Below, piece after piece: positions 1 to 12,790 of a stretch of DNA of 64,000 nucleotides. This DNA comes from Cycas panzhihuaensis (taxonomy: Eukaryota > Plantae > Cycadophyta): NCBI GenBank assembly GCA_023213395.1, contig CM041465.1:143041741-143105740 (forward strand), read 5' to 3'. Positions within the stretch are counted from its first letter, which is position 1; the number at the start of each line of letters is the position of its first letter. The translations under genes and the position numbers were made by a program. Under the pieces are notes generated by a model. The model was given only the letters and a program-made list of their open reading frames with translations, was not told the origin of the DNA and ran no database searches.

Positions 1-285
1 TATATGAGAGAGTCATCCAAGGCACAAATCTCGACCATAGAATCTAGGATATTTTGAATGAATGACCCTGATTCTCTTTATAATTTAGTATGTTTTTCAG
101 TGTTAGCTTTTTGGGTTGGGGGCTATTGCTATTGAACCCCCTCTTTGCGAGGGGGTTCCAGCATCCCTCGACCAAGGGGGGCTCCCACCCCCCTTGGAAA
201 TCCCCAAGGAAGTTTGGGGGGGAAATCATGCTACCAACCTGTCAAAATTTTAGCCTCTAAAATATTATTGTCACATTATCTAATA
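1..285 (-). mobile_element. Family-A (Tork/Tnt1-like copia) LTR, 5' portion, minus strand; runs off the window start
   Basis: Reverse complement reads TATTAGATAATGTGAC...GAGGCTAAAATTTTGACAGGTTGG..., collinear with the LTRs at 333, 5681, 10385 and 31181. Confidence 0.9.
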
Positions 286-332
286 GAATGGTCTAAGAAA
301 GGTATCAAGTAAATTGTTATCAAGGTGGAGAT

Positions 333-994
333 TGTTAGACAATATGACACAATGTTTTGGAGGCTAAAATTTTGATAAGTTGGTAGTTTAGTTTCTCCCT
401 CAAACTTCCTCAGGGGGTTCCAAGGCGGAACCCCTTGGTGAGGGATCTGGGGAGCCAGAACACATGCCCCCCCTCCACCCTACAAAGAGGAGGTTCGAGG
501 GAGATAGCCCCCAACTAAAAAAAGCTAGCAATGAAAAGCATACTAAATTGTAAAGAGAATCAGGGTCGTTCACTCAAAATACCTTAGATTCTATGGTCAA
601 GATTTGTGTCTTGTATGACTTTCTCATATAGTTTGATTTAGGGTGTCTTTTCATTATGTTAATGGTGTTTGATGTATTGGATATACTGTAAAGAGTTGGG
701 CGGCTAGTTGTTGTTGCTATGAGCATTCTACTATAGATTATGTACATTTCTCCATTTATTGATAATAAAGATTAATACCTTTTCTGTGTGGATGTTTCCC
801 TAACACACTTCTAGGGTTTTACCACATTATATTGAGGGTACATGTGATGCTTTGGCTTTCTAATTTATTTTATTATATTATCTCTGATTTAAGAACTTGT
901 ATATTAAATTTCAGTTTTGATTCCTATAACTAGTTGCAAAATAGTTTAGATCTTGGTGGTGGTTTCAGGTTATTGGGACATTATCTTCTCAATA
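333..994 (+). mobile_element. Family-A copia 3' LTR preceded by its polypurine tract (PPT)
   Basis: TGTTAGAC...CTTCTCAATA, collinear with 5681-6341. Preceded by the same 3'-internal tail and PPT CAAGGTGGAGAT (321-332) seen before 5681 and 10385. Confidence 0.9.
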
Positions 995-2246
995 TTAATG
1001 ACCCATAACCATTCAATGAATCTTAAGTTTCAACTTAATGGCAATCAACCATGAAAGATGAGTATAAATCTATCCTTAAGAATGACATATAGTGCCTTGT
1101 TAAACTTCCTCCAGATAAAAAGCCTATTGGTCACATATGGGTATATAAAGTTAAGTATAAATTAAATAGTATAGTTAATAGATACAAAGTTTAACTTGTG
1201 GCCAAGGGCTACATACAAAGAGCAAGTGTAAACTTTGAAGAAACCTTTCTACTTGTGGTAAAGATAATTACTATCTGAATGCTAATTAGCCTTACATCTC
1301 AATTTGGCTATACACTCCACTAAATGGATGTAAAGAGTGTTTTTCTTCATGGCATTCTTAATGAGGAGGTCTATACGAAACAACATGAAGGATTTATGAA
1401 GGTTGAATAATAACATCTTATTTGTACACTAAAAAAAGCTCTTTATAGGCTTAAGTAAGCACTAAGGATATGGTACTCATGCATTGATGATTATCTTACT
1501 TCACTTGGATTCATCAGATGCAAATATAATCACAACTAGCATATGCAACACTTGGATGATGAAATTCTCATTATTGCACTTTATGTTAATGATCTCTTCA
1601 TTACTTGCAATGACACTCTTCAAATTGACTCTCTTAAAAATAATTATGTAATGCTTTTGAGATTTGGCAGAAGGCTGATAGCATTTTTATATTATAGTCT
1701 AAATATGCTCATAATTTATTAAGACAATCCCACATGGAGGATTATAAGCCAATGGCTACTCCCATGGAAGTTAGTCTCAAATTAATTAAGGAGCTTATTG
1801 ATATTACATTGTATAAGTAGTTAGTGGACAATTTGATTTAGCCCAATAACACTTGACATGATATTAGTTATACTATTAATATTGTATCATGCTTTATGAG
1901 TGCTCCATCCACTCTGTATTGGAAGGCAACAAAGTGAATCTTGAGATATGTGAATGGCACTATCAGATATGGACTTATATTTACTAGATTTGATGAGCTT
2001 AGACTACAGGGCTTCATTGATTTAGATTAGGTAGGGGATTAGGATGAGATGAAATCTATTTTAGGAAATATTTTTATATTTGGTTATGGTGTGATCTCTT
2101 AATGTAGGTTTAGGGCAAAGTAGTTGAGTTGATCTATTGTCTAACTAAGGGTCATATTATTGACATTATCAACAAGGCCTTATGCCATGAGAAATTTGAG
2201 AGACTTAGATAATTATAAAAGTTAATAATTTAACATCATTAGGTGG
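995..2246 (+). pseudogene. pol: Degenerate Ty1/copia reverse transcriptase-RNase H remnant (element D)
   Basis: Manual translation gives copia RT motifs (LPPDKKPIG..WVYKVKY, LVAKGY, MDVKSVFLHG, LKKALY, ALYVNDL) with many stops. The RNase H part appears internally deleted. Confidence 0.85.
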
Positions 2247-2559
2247 TGCTAGAAATAATGTTAATTCATTACATCATTATTTATGGCATTTCTTTTAGAC
2301 TTGATATTATATATTATAACTCCTAAATCCATTATAATATTCACCTTCTATTATTAACCTTTAACTTTGATCTCACATGCGTGAGCTTATGTAATGTCTC
2401 ATGGACTTTACTATTTTATTTTATTGCCTCCACTTATACATTAGTGAAGTTAATTAAATGTGAGTTATGAAAGGTATATTATCTTATCATTCTTTATGCT
2501 TGTGAGATTGTATTATTTATTTTCTATAGCCCATTTATTTTCAATCTCTCATTCTAACA
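2247..2559 (+). mobile_element. 3' LTR of copia element D
   Basis: Follows the RNase H end and a purine tract (CATTAGGTGG). Termini TGCTAGAA...TTCTAACA form an inverted repeat, and gypsy sequence follows immediately. Confidence 0.65.
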
Positions 2560-3798
2560 AAATAAAGATAGGTAAGCAAGATACAAGATTACACTTTTCA
2601 AATAGCTTATAAAAAGGGGAAGTATATTATGCTCTCTCTAGAATGTATAAAGAAGGGGAATACATAATAGTATTAATTCTTTGGCCTTTATGGTTGAATG
2701 AACTCCACTAGGAATACATCACCAATCAAGAAGTTAGCCATATTATCAAGTTATATAATAATAGGATAATAGGACAAAATTAGTGATCTAATAGTAAGAC
2801 CTTCTTATACAAAAATAGGATATACCTTCCAAGTAACTTAAGTCTTAAGAATAAGATATTCCAGGAACACCAGTAGTCTTTGTTAGTAGGTCACTCAAGT
2901 TTTTAAAGACTTATGAAAGGATAAAATAATCCTTTTATTAAAAGGGAATGAAAAGAGGGAAATAATTTTGAATTAGAGCCTGATGTTTGGTAAAGGTAGG
3001 AGCTGAAGTGCATATAGAGACCATGACTTTTACAATAGTTACTGATGTTATAATAGAAATGGGAAGAGATTCCAATGGATTTTATCACAAGATTATGTCA
3101 AATTGAGAAGAAAGATATTATGTTTGTAGTTGTCAATCACCTTACAAAGTACAACCATTTTATTCCTTTACAATTGGCTTATACTGCCCTATAAGTTGTT
3201 GAGCTCTTTATGAAAATTATCCATTGGCTATACAATTTTCCCAAAAATGCTATCTCTAATAGAAATCCTAAACTTACTAGTATGTTTTAGGAGTTTTTCA
3301 AATTAGTGTGATAGAGCTCACCATGAGCATAACTTATTATCCTCAAAGTAACAAATAATGTGAAATAGTTAATAAATATTTAGAGATATATTTGTGATGT
3401 TACATAAGAGAAAATTAGACTAAACAAATAAAGTGGATCCACCTAGTTGAATACTAGTATAGTATCAGTTATCATCCAATAATATAAATAACCACCTTTA
3501 CAACTCTATATGGATATCAACTACCAGTAAGCATCAACTACTTATAGAAAGTGGTATGGGTGCCAATAGTGTAAGAATTGGTTCAACAAGTAGAGCATAT
3601 ACTTAGAATTTAAGAATTACTTTGATTTAGTACATAATAGAATGAAGTAGAAGGTAGATCGCCACATATCTAATTGGGATTTTGAAGTTGGAGTTTGAGT
3701 GTATATGTAACTACAACTTTACAAGCAAGCATACCTAAGATAACAAGGTAAGTTCAAGCTCGGATCCTAATTCTACAAGTCACTTTAGATGAGAAAGA
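2560..3798 (+). pseudogene. pol: Ty3/gypsy (chromovirus) RNase H end and integrase remnant, part 1
   Basis: Motifs resembling GHS..KTY.RI, WEEIPMDFI, VVVN.LTKY.HFIPL, MS..YYPQS and TPL..LYG, with stops and frameshifts. Interrupted at 3799 by the family-A insertion. Confidence 0.8.
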
Positions 3799-3928
3799 TG
3801 TTAGATAATGTGACAACAATGGTTTGGAGGCCAAAATTTTAACAGGTTGGCAGCGCGGTTTCCCCCCTAAACCTTTCTCGGAGGGTTCCAAGGTGGGCGG
3901 GAACCCCCCTTGGCCAGGGTGGTGCAGG
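3799..3928 (+). mobile_element. Truncated family-A LTR (first ~130 bp) fused directly to the pol linker
   Basis: TGTTAGATAATGTGACAAC...GGTGCAGG, then switches to sequence matching 8633 onward. Confidence 0.9.
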
Positions 3929-5640
3929 AGGATCTTTCTAAAGATGAATCTGCAACAAATTTATAGGAGTATATGGGCAATCCCTTGCTAATAGTTAGAA
4001 GATCTACATGAGTTAGTCATCCACCAGACAAGTACAACCCTTCTATTTCTATTGCTTTGGTTTCTAATGATGGTAAGCCTACATGTTATTAAGAAGCAAT
4101 AGATGATATCCATAGTGAGAAGTGGAAGAGGGCTATGCAGGAAGAGATAGATGCTTTGAAGAAAAATAATTCATGGGACTTGGTAGAACTTCCATATAAA
4201 AGGAAGACTATTGGTTGCAGGTGGGTTTTTAAGATGAAAATAGATGTTGATGCAAAGGTTGACAAATATAGGGCAAGGCTAGTGGCTAAAGGCTTTGCAT
4301 AGAAAGCAGGTATTGACTTTCATGAGATCTTTTCACTAGTTATCAAACTTGTTTCAATTCAAATGTTGTTACCATTGGTAGCTTCTCTTGATTTAGAGTT
4401 GGAGCGGTTAGATGTAAAAATAACTTTTCTACATGGAGATTAAGATGAGGAGATCTATATGGATCAGCCAGAAGGGTTTACACGGGATGGTAGAAAAAGA
4501 CTTGTTTGCATGCTCAGGAAATCATTATATGGCCTGAAGCAATCACTAAGGCAATGGTACAAGAAGTTTGATGCCTTCATGGACGGCCAAAATTTTAAAA
4601 AAAGTGAGTATGATCATTGTGTTTACTTTAGATTCATGGAGAATGGCTTATTCATTATCTTAGTATTATATGTTGTTGACATGCTAGTTGCAAGCAAGAG
4701 CATAGAAGAAATCAATAAGTTAAAGGCTCAATTAGCCAAGGCTTTTGATATGAAGGATCTAGGAGCTACAAAATAAATCTTAGGTATGGAGATATATAGA
4801 GACAGGAAAATGGTAAGATATGGTTATCACAGTAGAAATATGTGTAGAAAGTGCTAACCAGGTTTGGTATGGTAAATGTGAAACTAGCGTGTATACCATC
4901 GGCTTCCCATTTGAAGTTTTCTTCGAATATGAGTCCTAGTAATGAAGAAGAAAAGGTTTATATATCTCGTGTGCCTTATATCAATGTAATAGAAAGTTTG
5001 ATGTATGCCATGGTATGTACAAGACCTGACATTTCACATGCAATCGGTGTAGTTAGCAAGTTTATGGAAAATCCATGAAAGGAACATTGGGCAACAGTGA
5101 AATGGGTGCTTTGGTATTTAAGAGGCACAAGTGACTACTGCATCACCTTTGGAGGTACAGGTAATCAGGTTTATGGATATGTTGATTCAAACTTTACAGG
5201 AGATTTAGATACGAGAAGGTCTACTTCAGATTATGTATTCACTCTTGTAAATGGTCCAGTTAGTTGGATGTCAAAATTACAGAGCACAATTACATTATCA
5301 ACTACAGAAGCTGAATATGTTGTTGCAGCACATGCTTACAAAGAAGGAATCTGGTTATAGGGTCTATTGGTTGAGCTTGGAGGGAAACAAAAAAGGTAAA
5401 GTTATTTTGTGACAGTGGTAGTGTCATTTACCTAGCCAAGAATCTAACTTATCATAGTAGGACAAAGCATATCGCTCTTAACTGCCATTTTGTTAGACAG
5501 GTTATGGAAGCAGGTGCAGTGGCACTTGAGAAGGTTAACACAAAATAGAATTGTGCTGATATGTTCATAAAACCAGTACTATTAGAGAAGTTCAAATGGT
5601 GTTTGACTTCTCTTGGCTTACAGAAAAGGTGATGAATGGC
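3929..5640 (+). pseudogene. pol: Copia RT-RNase H pseudogene, unit 1 (duplicate of ~8633-10340)
   Basis: ORF fragments 4459-4776 (LRKSLYGLKQ, LYVVDML), 4851-5078 (CTRPDISHA) and 5097-5360 (GYVDS, LSTTEAEY). Collinear with unit 2. Confidence 0.93.
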
Positions 5641-5680
5641 CTAGGAAAGGTACCAGGTAAATTATTCTCAAGGTAAAGAT

Positions 5681-6341
5681 TGTTAGATAATGTGACAACA
5701 ATGGTTTGGAAGCTAAAATTTTGATAGGTTGGTAATACATTTTCTCCCCCAAACCTTCATTGGGGGGTTCCAAGGGGGGCGGGAGACCCCCTTGGCCAGG
5801 GGGGTGTAGGTGGGCATGGAATGCCCCCTGCAAATAGGGGATTCAGGGGCGATAGCCTTGACTCAAAAAGCTAGCACTAGAAAGTATATTAAATTGTAAA
5901 GAGAATCAGGGTCATTCACTTAAAATACCCTAGATTCTACGGTCAAGATTTATGCCTTGTATGACTCTCTCATGTAGCCCGATTTAGGGCATTTTATCAT
6001 TATATTGATTACGTTCAATGTATTGTATATAGTGGAAGGAGTTGGATGGATGGTTGTTGTTGCTATGAGCACTCTCATACAAATAGTATATATTTTTTCC
6101 ATTCTTTGACAATAAAGATCGATACCTTTCCTGTATGGATGTTTCCCTAGCACACTGCTAGGGTTTCACCACATTATATCAGGTATATATGTGATGCTTG
6201 GCTTTCTTATTCATTTTATTGTATTATCTCTAGTTTAAGAACTTGCATGTTAAATTTTAGTTTCGATTCTTGTAACTAGTTGTAAGAATAGTTTAGATCT
6301 TGGTGGCGGTTTCAGGTTATTGGGGCCTTGTCTTCTCAACA
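5681..6341 (+). mobile_element. Family-A central LTR (3' LTR of unit 1 and 5' LTR of unit 2)
   Basis: TGTTAG...CTCAACA, 661 bp. PPT CAAGGTAAAGAT lies upstream and the PBS lies downstream. Confidence 0.95.
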
Positions 6342-6343
6342 AG

Positions 6344-6356
6344 TGGTATGAGAGCC
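6344..6356 (+). promoter_or_regulatory. Primer-binding site, tRNA-iMet type
   Basis: TGGTATGAGAGCC, one mismatch to TGGTATCAGAGCC, 2 nt after the LTR. Confidence 0.85.
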
Positions 6357-6413
6357 ATTTTTATTTTTGCAGCAAGTTTGTGAAGGTTTTGGTGTTGGTT
6401 TTTTCTACACTAA

Positions 6414-9400
6414 ATGGCAAAACTTATAAGTGGAAAGTTCGAGGTGGAGAAATTCAATGGCAAGAACAACTTCGAGTTGTGAAAGTTGAAAGCGAATGAT
6501 ATTCTAGTACAATAAGGTTTGTACAGAGCTCTTATAAGTAAATTAAAGAAACCCACAGGGATGGACGATGATGAATGGGATGATCTAGATAAGAAGGCTC
6601 TTAGCATAATATGATTGTGCTTAGTAGATGAAGTTCTATTTAACATCACAGAGGAGTAGACAACAATAGGATTATGGACCCGGTTGGAAGGCCTATATAT
6701 GACCAAATCAGTGACAAATCGAATCTACTTAAAGAGGCAACTATACTCATTACGGATGAAGGAAAGTATAAAAATTGCTAACCATTTAAATGTTTTCAAT
6801 ACTCTTATTTTTCAGTTGGCTAGTATGGATGTCAAAATTGAGGATGAGGACAAGGTTGTTACCTTGTTATGTTCATTACCAAAATCCTGGAATAATATTG
6901 TCATCTCAATTAGTTTTAGCACTACAGATGAATTAGAATATGATTCTATTGTGAGTGCTTTGTTGATGGAAGAAGTGAGGAGGAAGTCTAGTCTTGAAAC
7001 CTCCATACTAAAAGCTATGATAGCAGGGGGTAAAACAATTGAGAGAGGACAAAGCTCCAGGGATACATCGAGGTTAAAGTCAAAAGGCAAGAAGAGTAAG
7101 CTCAGATGTTGGCACTATAATAAGACTGGTCACCTCAAGAAGGATCACTATAGAATGAAGGAGTTCTAGAAAAAGGAAGATCCTACAAAGAAGGCTAATC
7201 AGGTGGAGTCAAACTAAGGTACAGATAATGATGTCTTAGTTGCTTGTAATGTTTCCCATTATCACCATGACTGGTTATTAGATTCAGGTGCTTCACACCA
7301 TATGTGTCCATACAAGAGTTGATTCTCATCGTACTAAGCTCTTGATAATGGTGATGTACTTATGGGAAATGAAGTTTCTTGTAAGATAGTGGGTATTGGT
7401 AGCATCAGAATTAAGATGTTTGATAGTGTAGTGAGAACATTAATTAAGGTTAGACATGTACATGATCTGAAACAGAATTTGATTTCCTTATGTGAACTAG
7501 ATTCGGGTGGTTATAAGCATAGAGGTCATGAAGGAGTCTTAAAGGTGTCAAAGGACGCCTTGGTTGTTATAAAAGCCTTAAAAAAAGGAAACCTTTATAT
7601 TTTAGTAGAAAGTACAGATGTCAGCCATGCAGCTACAACATCAAAGACTACAAAAGATCCAGCTCAGTCATGGCATCAGAGACTTAGGCACATGAGTGAG
7701 AGAGGACTTAATGTGCTGATAAACCATATGTTACTTCCTAACTTACAACTTTCAAATTTGTCTTTCTGCAAACATTGTATTTTTGGAAAGTAGTGTAGAC
7801 TCAGGTTTAAAGTAAGGAGTCACACTAGTAAAGGTGTTTTAGATTACATACATTCAGATGTGTGGGGATTAGCCCCTACAATATCTTATGGAGGATTATT
7901 GTACTTTGTCACATTTATAGATGATTATTCCATAAAGGTATGGGTCTATTTTTTGAAAAGAAAATCTAAAGCTTTTAGTGTGTTTAAGCAGTTCAAGGCT
8001 CTAGTTGAGAAGAGCACTAGCAAGTTAATCAAATGTTTAAGAATTCACAATGGAGGTAAGTTCAATTCCTTAGAGTTTGAGAACTATTGCAGAGAAGCTA
8101 GGATCAAAATGCACAAGACCACTAGCTATACTCCACAGTAAAATAGCATAGCTGAACACATGAATAAGACACTCTTGGAAAGAGTAAGAAGCATGCTAAG
8201 TAATGTTCGAGTGGAGTAGGGCTTATGGGTAGAAGTTGTTCAAATAGCTTGATATCCATAAACAGATCACCATCACTTGCAATAGATTATAAGATTCTTA
8301 AAGAGGTATGGACTAGACATCCATGTGACTATTCAAATTTGAAAGTTTTTGTTTGTGAGGCTTATGCCTTGATTGATAAGAGTCAACATTCAAAGTTAGA
8401 CCCAAAATCTAAGAGCTGTATCTTTGTTAGTTATGATGATAAAGATTATGTGAAGGAATACAACTTGTGGGATCATACTGCCCACAAATCACCATTAACA
8501 GAGATGTTGTATTTCGTGAATCTCCCATTCTAAAATCAGACAATGTAGAAGTTGAAGTAAAACAAGAGCAGAAAGTTGAACATCAACAGGTTAAGTTTGA
8601 AACTCAACCATCTTTAGAATCAGAAGAGCAAGAAGATCTTTCTGAAGATGAATCTATAATAGATTTATAGGAGTATGTGGATACCTCTGCCAACAGTTAG
8701 AAGATCTACATGAGTTAGTCATCCACCTGACAGATACAACCCTTCTATTTCGATTGCTTTGGTTTCTAATGATCGTGAGCCTACATGTTATCAAGAAGCA
8801 ATGGATGATATCCATAGTGAGAAGTGGAAGAGGGCTATGCAGGAAGAGATAAATGCTTTGAAGAAAAATAATTCATAGGACTTGGTAGAACTTTCACATG
8901 GTAGGAAGATTGTTGGTTGCAGGTGGGTTTTTAAGATGAAAATAGATGTTGATGGAAATGTTGACAAATACAGGGCAAGGTTGATGGCTAAAGGCTTTGC
9001 ACAGAAAGCAGGTATTGACTTTCATGAGATTTTTTCACTAGTTGTCAAACTTGTTTCAATTCGAGTGTTGTTAGCATTGGTAGATTCTCTTGATTTGGAT
9101 TTAGAGAAGTTAAATGTAAAAATAACTTTTCTACATGAAGATTTAGATGAGGAGATCTATATAGATCGGCTAGAAGGGTTTGTACAGGATGAAAAAAAAT
9201 AACTTATTTGCAGGCTCAGGAAATCATTATATAGCCTGAAGCAATCACCCAGGCAATGGTACAAGAAGTTTGATGCCTTGATAGAGAGCTAAAATTTCAA
9301 AAGATATAAATATGATCATTGTGTTTACTTTAAATTCATGGATAATAGCTTATTCATTATCTTGGTATTATATGTTGATGACATGCTGGTTGCAAGTAAG

Positions 9401-10340
9401 AGCATGGAAGAAATCAATATGTTAAAGGCTCAATTGGCTAGGACTTTTGATATGAAGGATCTAGGAGTTGCAAAACAAATCTTAGGTATGGAGATACATA
9501 AAGACAGGAAAAATGGTAAGCTATGGTTATCACAGTAGAAATATGTAGAGAAGGTGCTAACCAGGTTTGGTATAGCAAATGTGAAACTAGTGAGTATCCC
9601 ATTGGCTTCCCATTTTAAGCTTTCTTCGAATCTGAGTCCTAGTAATGAAGAAGAAAAGGTTTATATATATCGTGTGCCTTATGCTAGTGCAGTAGGAAGT
9701 TTGATGTATGCCATGGTATACACAAGACCTGACATTTCATATGCAGTCGGTGTAGTTAGCAGGTTTATGGAAAATCTAGGAAGGAAACATTAGGCAGAAG
9801 TGAAATGGGTGCTTCGGTATTTGAGAGGCACAAGTGACTATTACAACACCTTTAGAGGTACAGGTAATTAGGTTCGTGGATATATTGATTCAGACTTTGC
9901 AGAAGAGTTAGATAAGAGAAGGTCTACTTCAGGTTATGTATTCACTCTTGCAAATGGTCCAGTTAGTTGGATGTCAAAATTGCAGAGCACGATTATATTA
10001 TCGACTATAGAAGTTGAATATGTTGCTGCAGCACATGTTTGTAAAGAAGCAATCTGGTTACAGGGTTTATTGTTTGAGCTTGGAAGGAAACAAGAAAAGG
10101 TAAAGGTATTTTGTGATAGTCAAAGTGCCATTTACCTAGCCAAAAATTTAACTTATCATAGTAGGATAAAGCATATCGCTCTTAAGTATTATTTTGTTAG
10201 ACAGGTTGTGGAAGTAGGTGGAGTGGCACTTGAGAAGGTTAACACAAAACAGAATTGTGCTGATATGTTCACAAAACCAATACTATTAGAGAAGTTCTAA
10301 TGGTGTTTAACTTCTCTTGGTTTGCAGAAAAGGTGATGAA
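6414..10340 (+). pseudogene. gag-pol: Full-length copia gag-PR-IN-RT-RH polyprotein pseudogene, unit 2 (Tork/Tnt1-like)
   Basis: ATG 6414 gives MAKLISGKFEVEKFNGKNNF. Also a degenerate zinc knuckle (CWHYNKTGHLKKDH), protease WLLDSGASHHM, GAG-pre-integrase WHQRLRHMS, integrase YFVTFIDDYS, RT LYVDDML and RH ADMFTK. Copia domain order, many stops. Confidence 0.95.
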
Positions 10341-10384
10341 TGGCCCAAGAAAGGTACCAGGTAAATTGTTCTCAAGGTAGAGAT

Positions 10385-11031
10385 TGTTAGATAATATTAC
10401 AACAATGGTTTGGAGATTAAAATTTTGACAAGTTGACAGCGCGGTTTCCCCCCCAAACCTTCCTTGGAGGGTTCCAAGGGGGGTGGAAGCCCCCTTTGAC
10501 CATGGGAGGGTGGAACGCCCACAAAGAGGGGTTGGGAGCGGCGACCCACGATCCAAAAAGCTAGCACTAGAAAGTATATTAAATTGTAAAGAGAATTATG
10601 GTTATTCACTCAAAATACCCTAGATTCTACGGTCGAGATTTATGCCTTATATAACTCTCTCATGTAGCTCGATTTAGGGTATTTTTTCATTATATTGATT
10701 GTGTTCAATGTATTATATGTACTAGAAGGAGTTGGGTGGCTGGTTATTATTGTTGTGAGTACTCAGCTACAGATAGTGTACATTTTCTTTATTTTTTGAT
10801 AATAAAGATCGATACCTTTCCTGTGTGGATGTTTCCCTAGCATACTGCTAGAGTTTTACCATGTTATATCAAGTGTATATGTGATGCTTGGATTTCTTGT
10901 TAATTTTATTGTATTATCTTTAGTTTAAAAACTTGCATGTTAAATTTTAGTTTCGATCCCTGTAACTAGTTACAAGAATAGTTTAGATCCTGGTGGCAGT
11001 TTTAGGTTATTGGGACCTTGTCTTCTTAACA
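10385..11031 (+). mobile_element. Family-A 3' LTR
   Basis: TGTTAG...CTTAACA, preceded by PPT CAAGGTAGAGAT and followed by the TSD. Confidence 0.95.
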
Positions 11032-11036
11032 AAAGA

Positions 11037-11361
11037 GAGAAGATGAGGTTATTTATGCACTTAACTTGTCACTACATAGTTGAATTTATAATGATTCCAT
11101 GTTTCAAGTCTAAATAAGAAGGGGGGCCCAATGTCAATCCCTTGATAGAGTTGCATATCACTATCAAAGAAGGAAAAGTGATCTTAGAACCACAGATTGC
11201 CCTTGAGAGATGACATAAGAGACTTTGATCTAAAATAATGATAGGATATCTCATTAAGTAGAAGGGATTACTATTAAAGGATATGACTTAGTAGTCCAAA
11301 AGAGATTGTTGATCACCATCTTGAGCTTTATAGCCAAGCTCTTTTCTTGGGATGAAGGGTA
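11037..11361 (+). pseudogene. pol: Chromovirus integrase C-terminus and chromodomain remnant, part 2, ending in a PPT
   Basis: Y.LNL....FHVS.L segment, then EGKVILEP...YLIK*KGL..KDMT** (chromodomain YL.KWKG...D.TWE). Purine tract GGGATGAAGGGTA precedes TG at 11362. Confidence 0.75.
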
Positions 11362-12790
11362 TGTGGTAGACCTGGCACCCCAAAGGATTCAACATATGTT
11401 AAATAACGCATATTAGTATTTAAATAGTGGCATACAAAATACTGTTATCATCAAATTTATTATTTAGAGATATTCTCCCTTAGTTTATACCCTTTGAGAG
11501 TAGAATGACCACCTTCTTTAAATATGAATTTCTATTTTCTCTCTAACTAATTTAAATTTTCATTAATTTAGGTACTTATCTGATTCTAAGCTTTCCAACA
11601 AACTTGTCCATAGCCACAATTACCATTCAATACCTATTAATTTCAAAAGGAAACACTAGTTACTTTGTTGGTTAATTTTAGTTACCTTGTTTTTAAATCT
11701 AAATTCATTTCTTATGTTCACTTTAGTGCTTAGTTAATTCACTTAACCATGTTAAGTACCTCAGGTTTCTTGCTAGTTTTGATTTTGACCTACACCTAAA
11801 TACCTCCCTCTCTCTCTCTCTCTCAATATGCATGTGTGTATGTAATGAAAAAGTAGAATAATAATTGATAAATTGTATTGGTACATTAATTCATTTAAAA
11901 TCAATAGCAATATGATAAAGACAAATAGAATGTAGTTATTACTATTAAAAAACCCATAAGAACATATGGTTGGTTTATTCAACTAGAAATAAAAAACTAG
12001 ATACATTTGTGGTCATATTGCTTTCCATCAATGATCGAGTATCTTATATTGCATGCTTACTAAAGACTAGGGAAGCTTCATTAACACTAAGTGAATTGGT
12101 TATTCAGCTCTATGACCTTGTCACTAGTCATCATTATAGGATTCTATTTTTCATTCTTGTAATAAGTTCTAGATTTTTCTACAACATTAAAAGATTTATT
12201 CATTAAATTCCCATGGTCCACATTAGGATAAATAGAATATATTTAGTTGTCCCAAAATATGCCACAAGAAATAATAGTTTAATTGAAGCTTTGACATTCT
12301 TTCATGATACTCTATTCTATCTATTGGGCTTCCATAAGTTCAGTCATTTTCTGAGGCCATATTGAAGCTTCTTCATTCCTGTACCTATCCCCATGGACAC
12401 CATTGGCCAAGATATAAGCCCCACGTATGATGTAAGCGAGGATTAGGATGTAGCGTAATCTCATCTATATTTGATTATCACTTAGTGAGTTATGATATTA
12501 TGGTTCTTGGGTAGCTCTAGTCCATTGGGTCTTTATAGGATCTAATATGTCAAATTAAAAATAAGGGCTTTATAGTCCTCCATAGGAACATACCCTCGTT
12601 CTTTGCCCTTAAGCCCATATAAGAGTAAAGTGCCCTATGGCACTTAGGTAATATAGTACATAGTTCTCTCACACATCTATATCTTTTGTTTTCTTGGCTG
12701 AACTTGGCACACAGAGTTGTCATCCATGGCAAAAAATAAATAAATAAACATAGCTTAACAACAGTTCTATTTTCTCTATGTTTTTCCACA
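11362..12790 (+). mobile_element. Probable 3' LTR of the chromovirus
   Basis: Starts TGTGG right after the PPT; candidate end CCACA at 12790 (5-bp inverted terminus). No partner LTR in the window, so the right end is uncertain. Confidence 0.45.

Larger units (their letters stand above)
3799..11031 (+). mobile_element. Family-A Tork/Tnt1-like Ty1/copia element with three LTRs and two internal units (tandem element)
   Basis: TG at 3799, CA at 11031, perfect 5-bp TSD AAAGA (3794-3798 / 11032-11036). The host gypsy integrase is continuous across the insertion. Confidence 0.92.

Noticed and set aside
44-10609. Recurring minus-strand ORFs with a PPLEP motif (44-229, 5618-5833, 10269-10609)
   Set aside because: Translations of the G/C-run-rich LTR start. 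Frames and lengths differ between copies, and the first is on the opposite relative strand.
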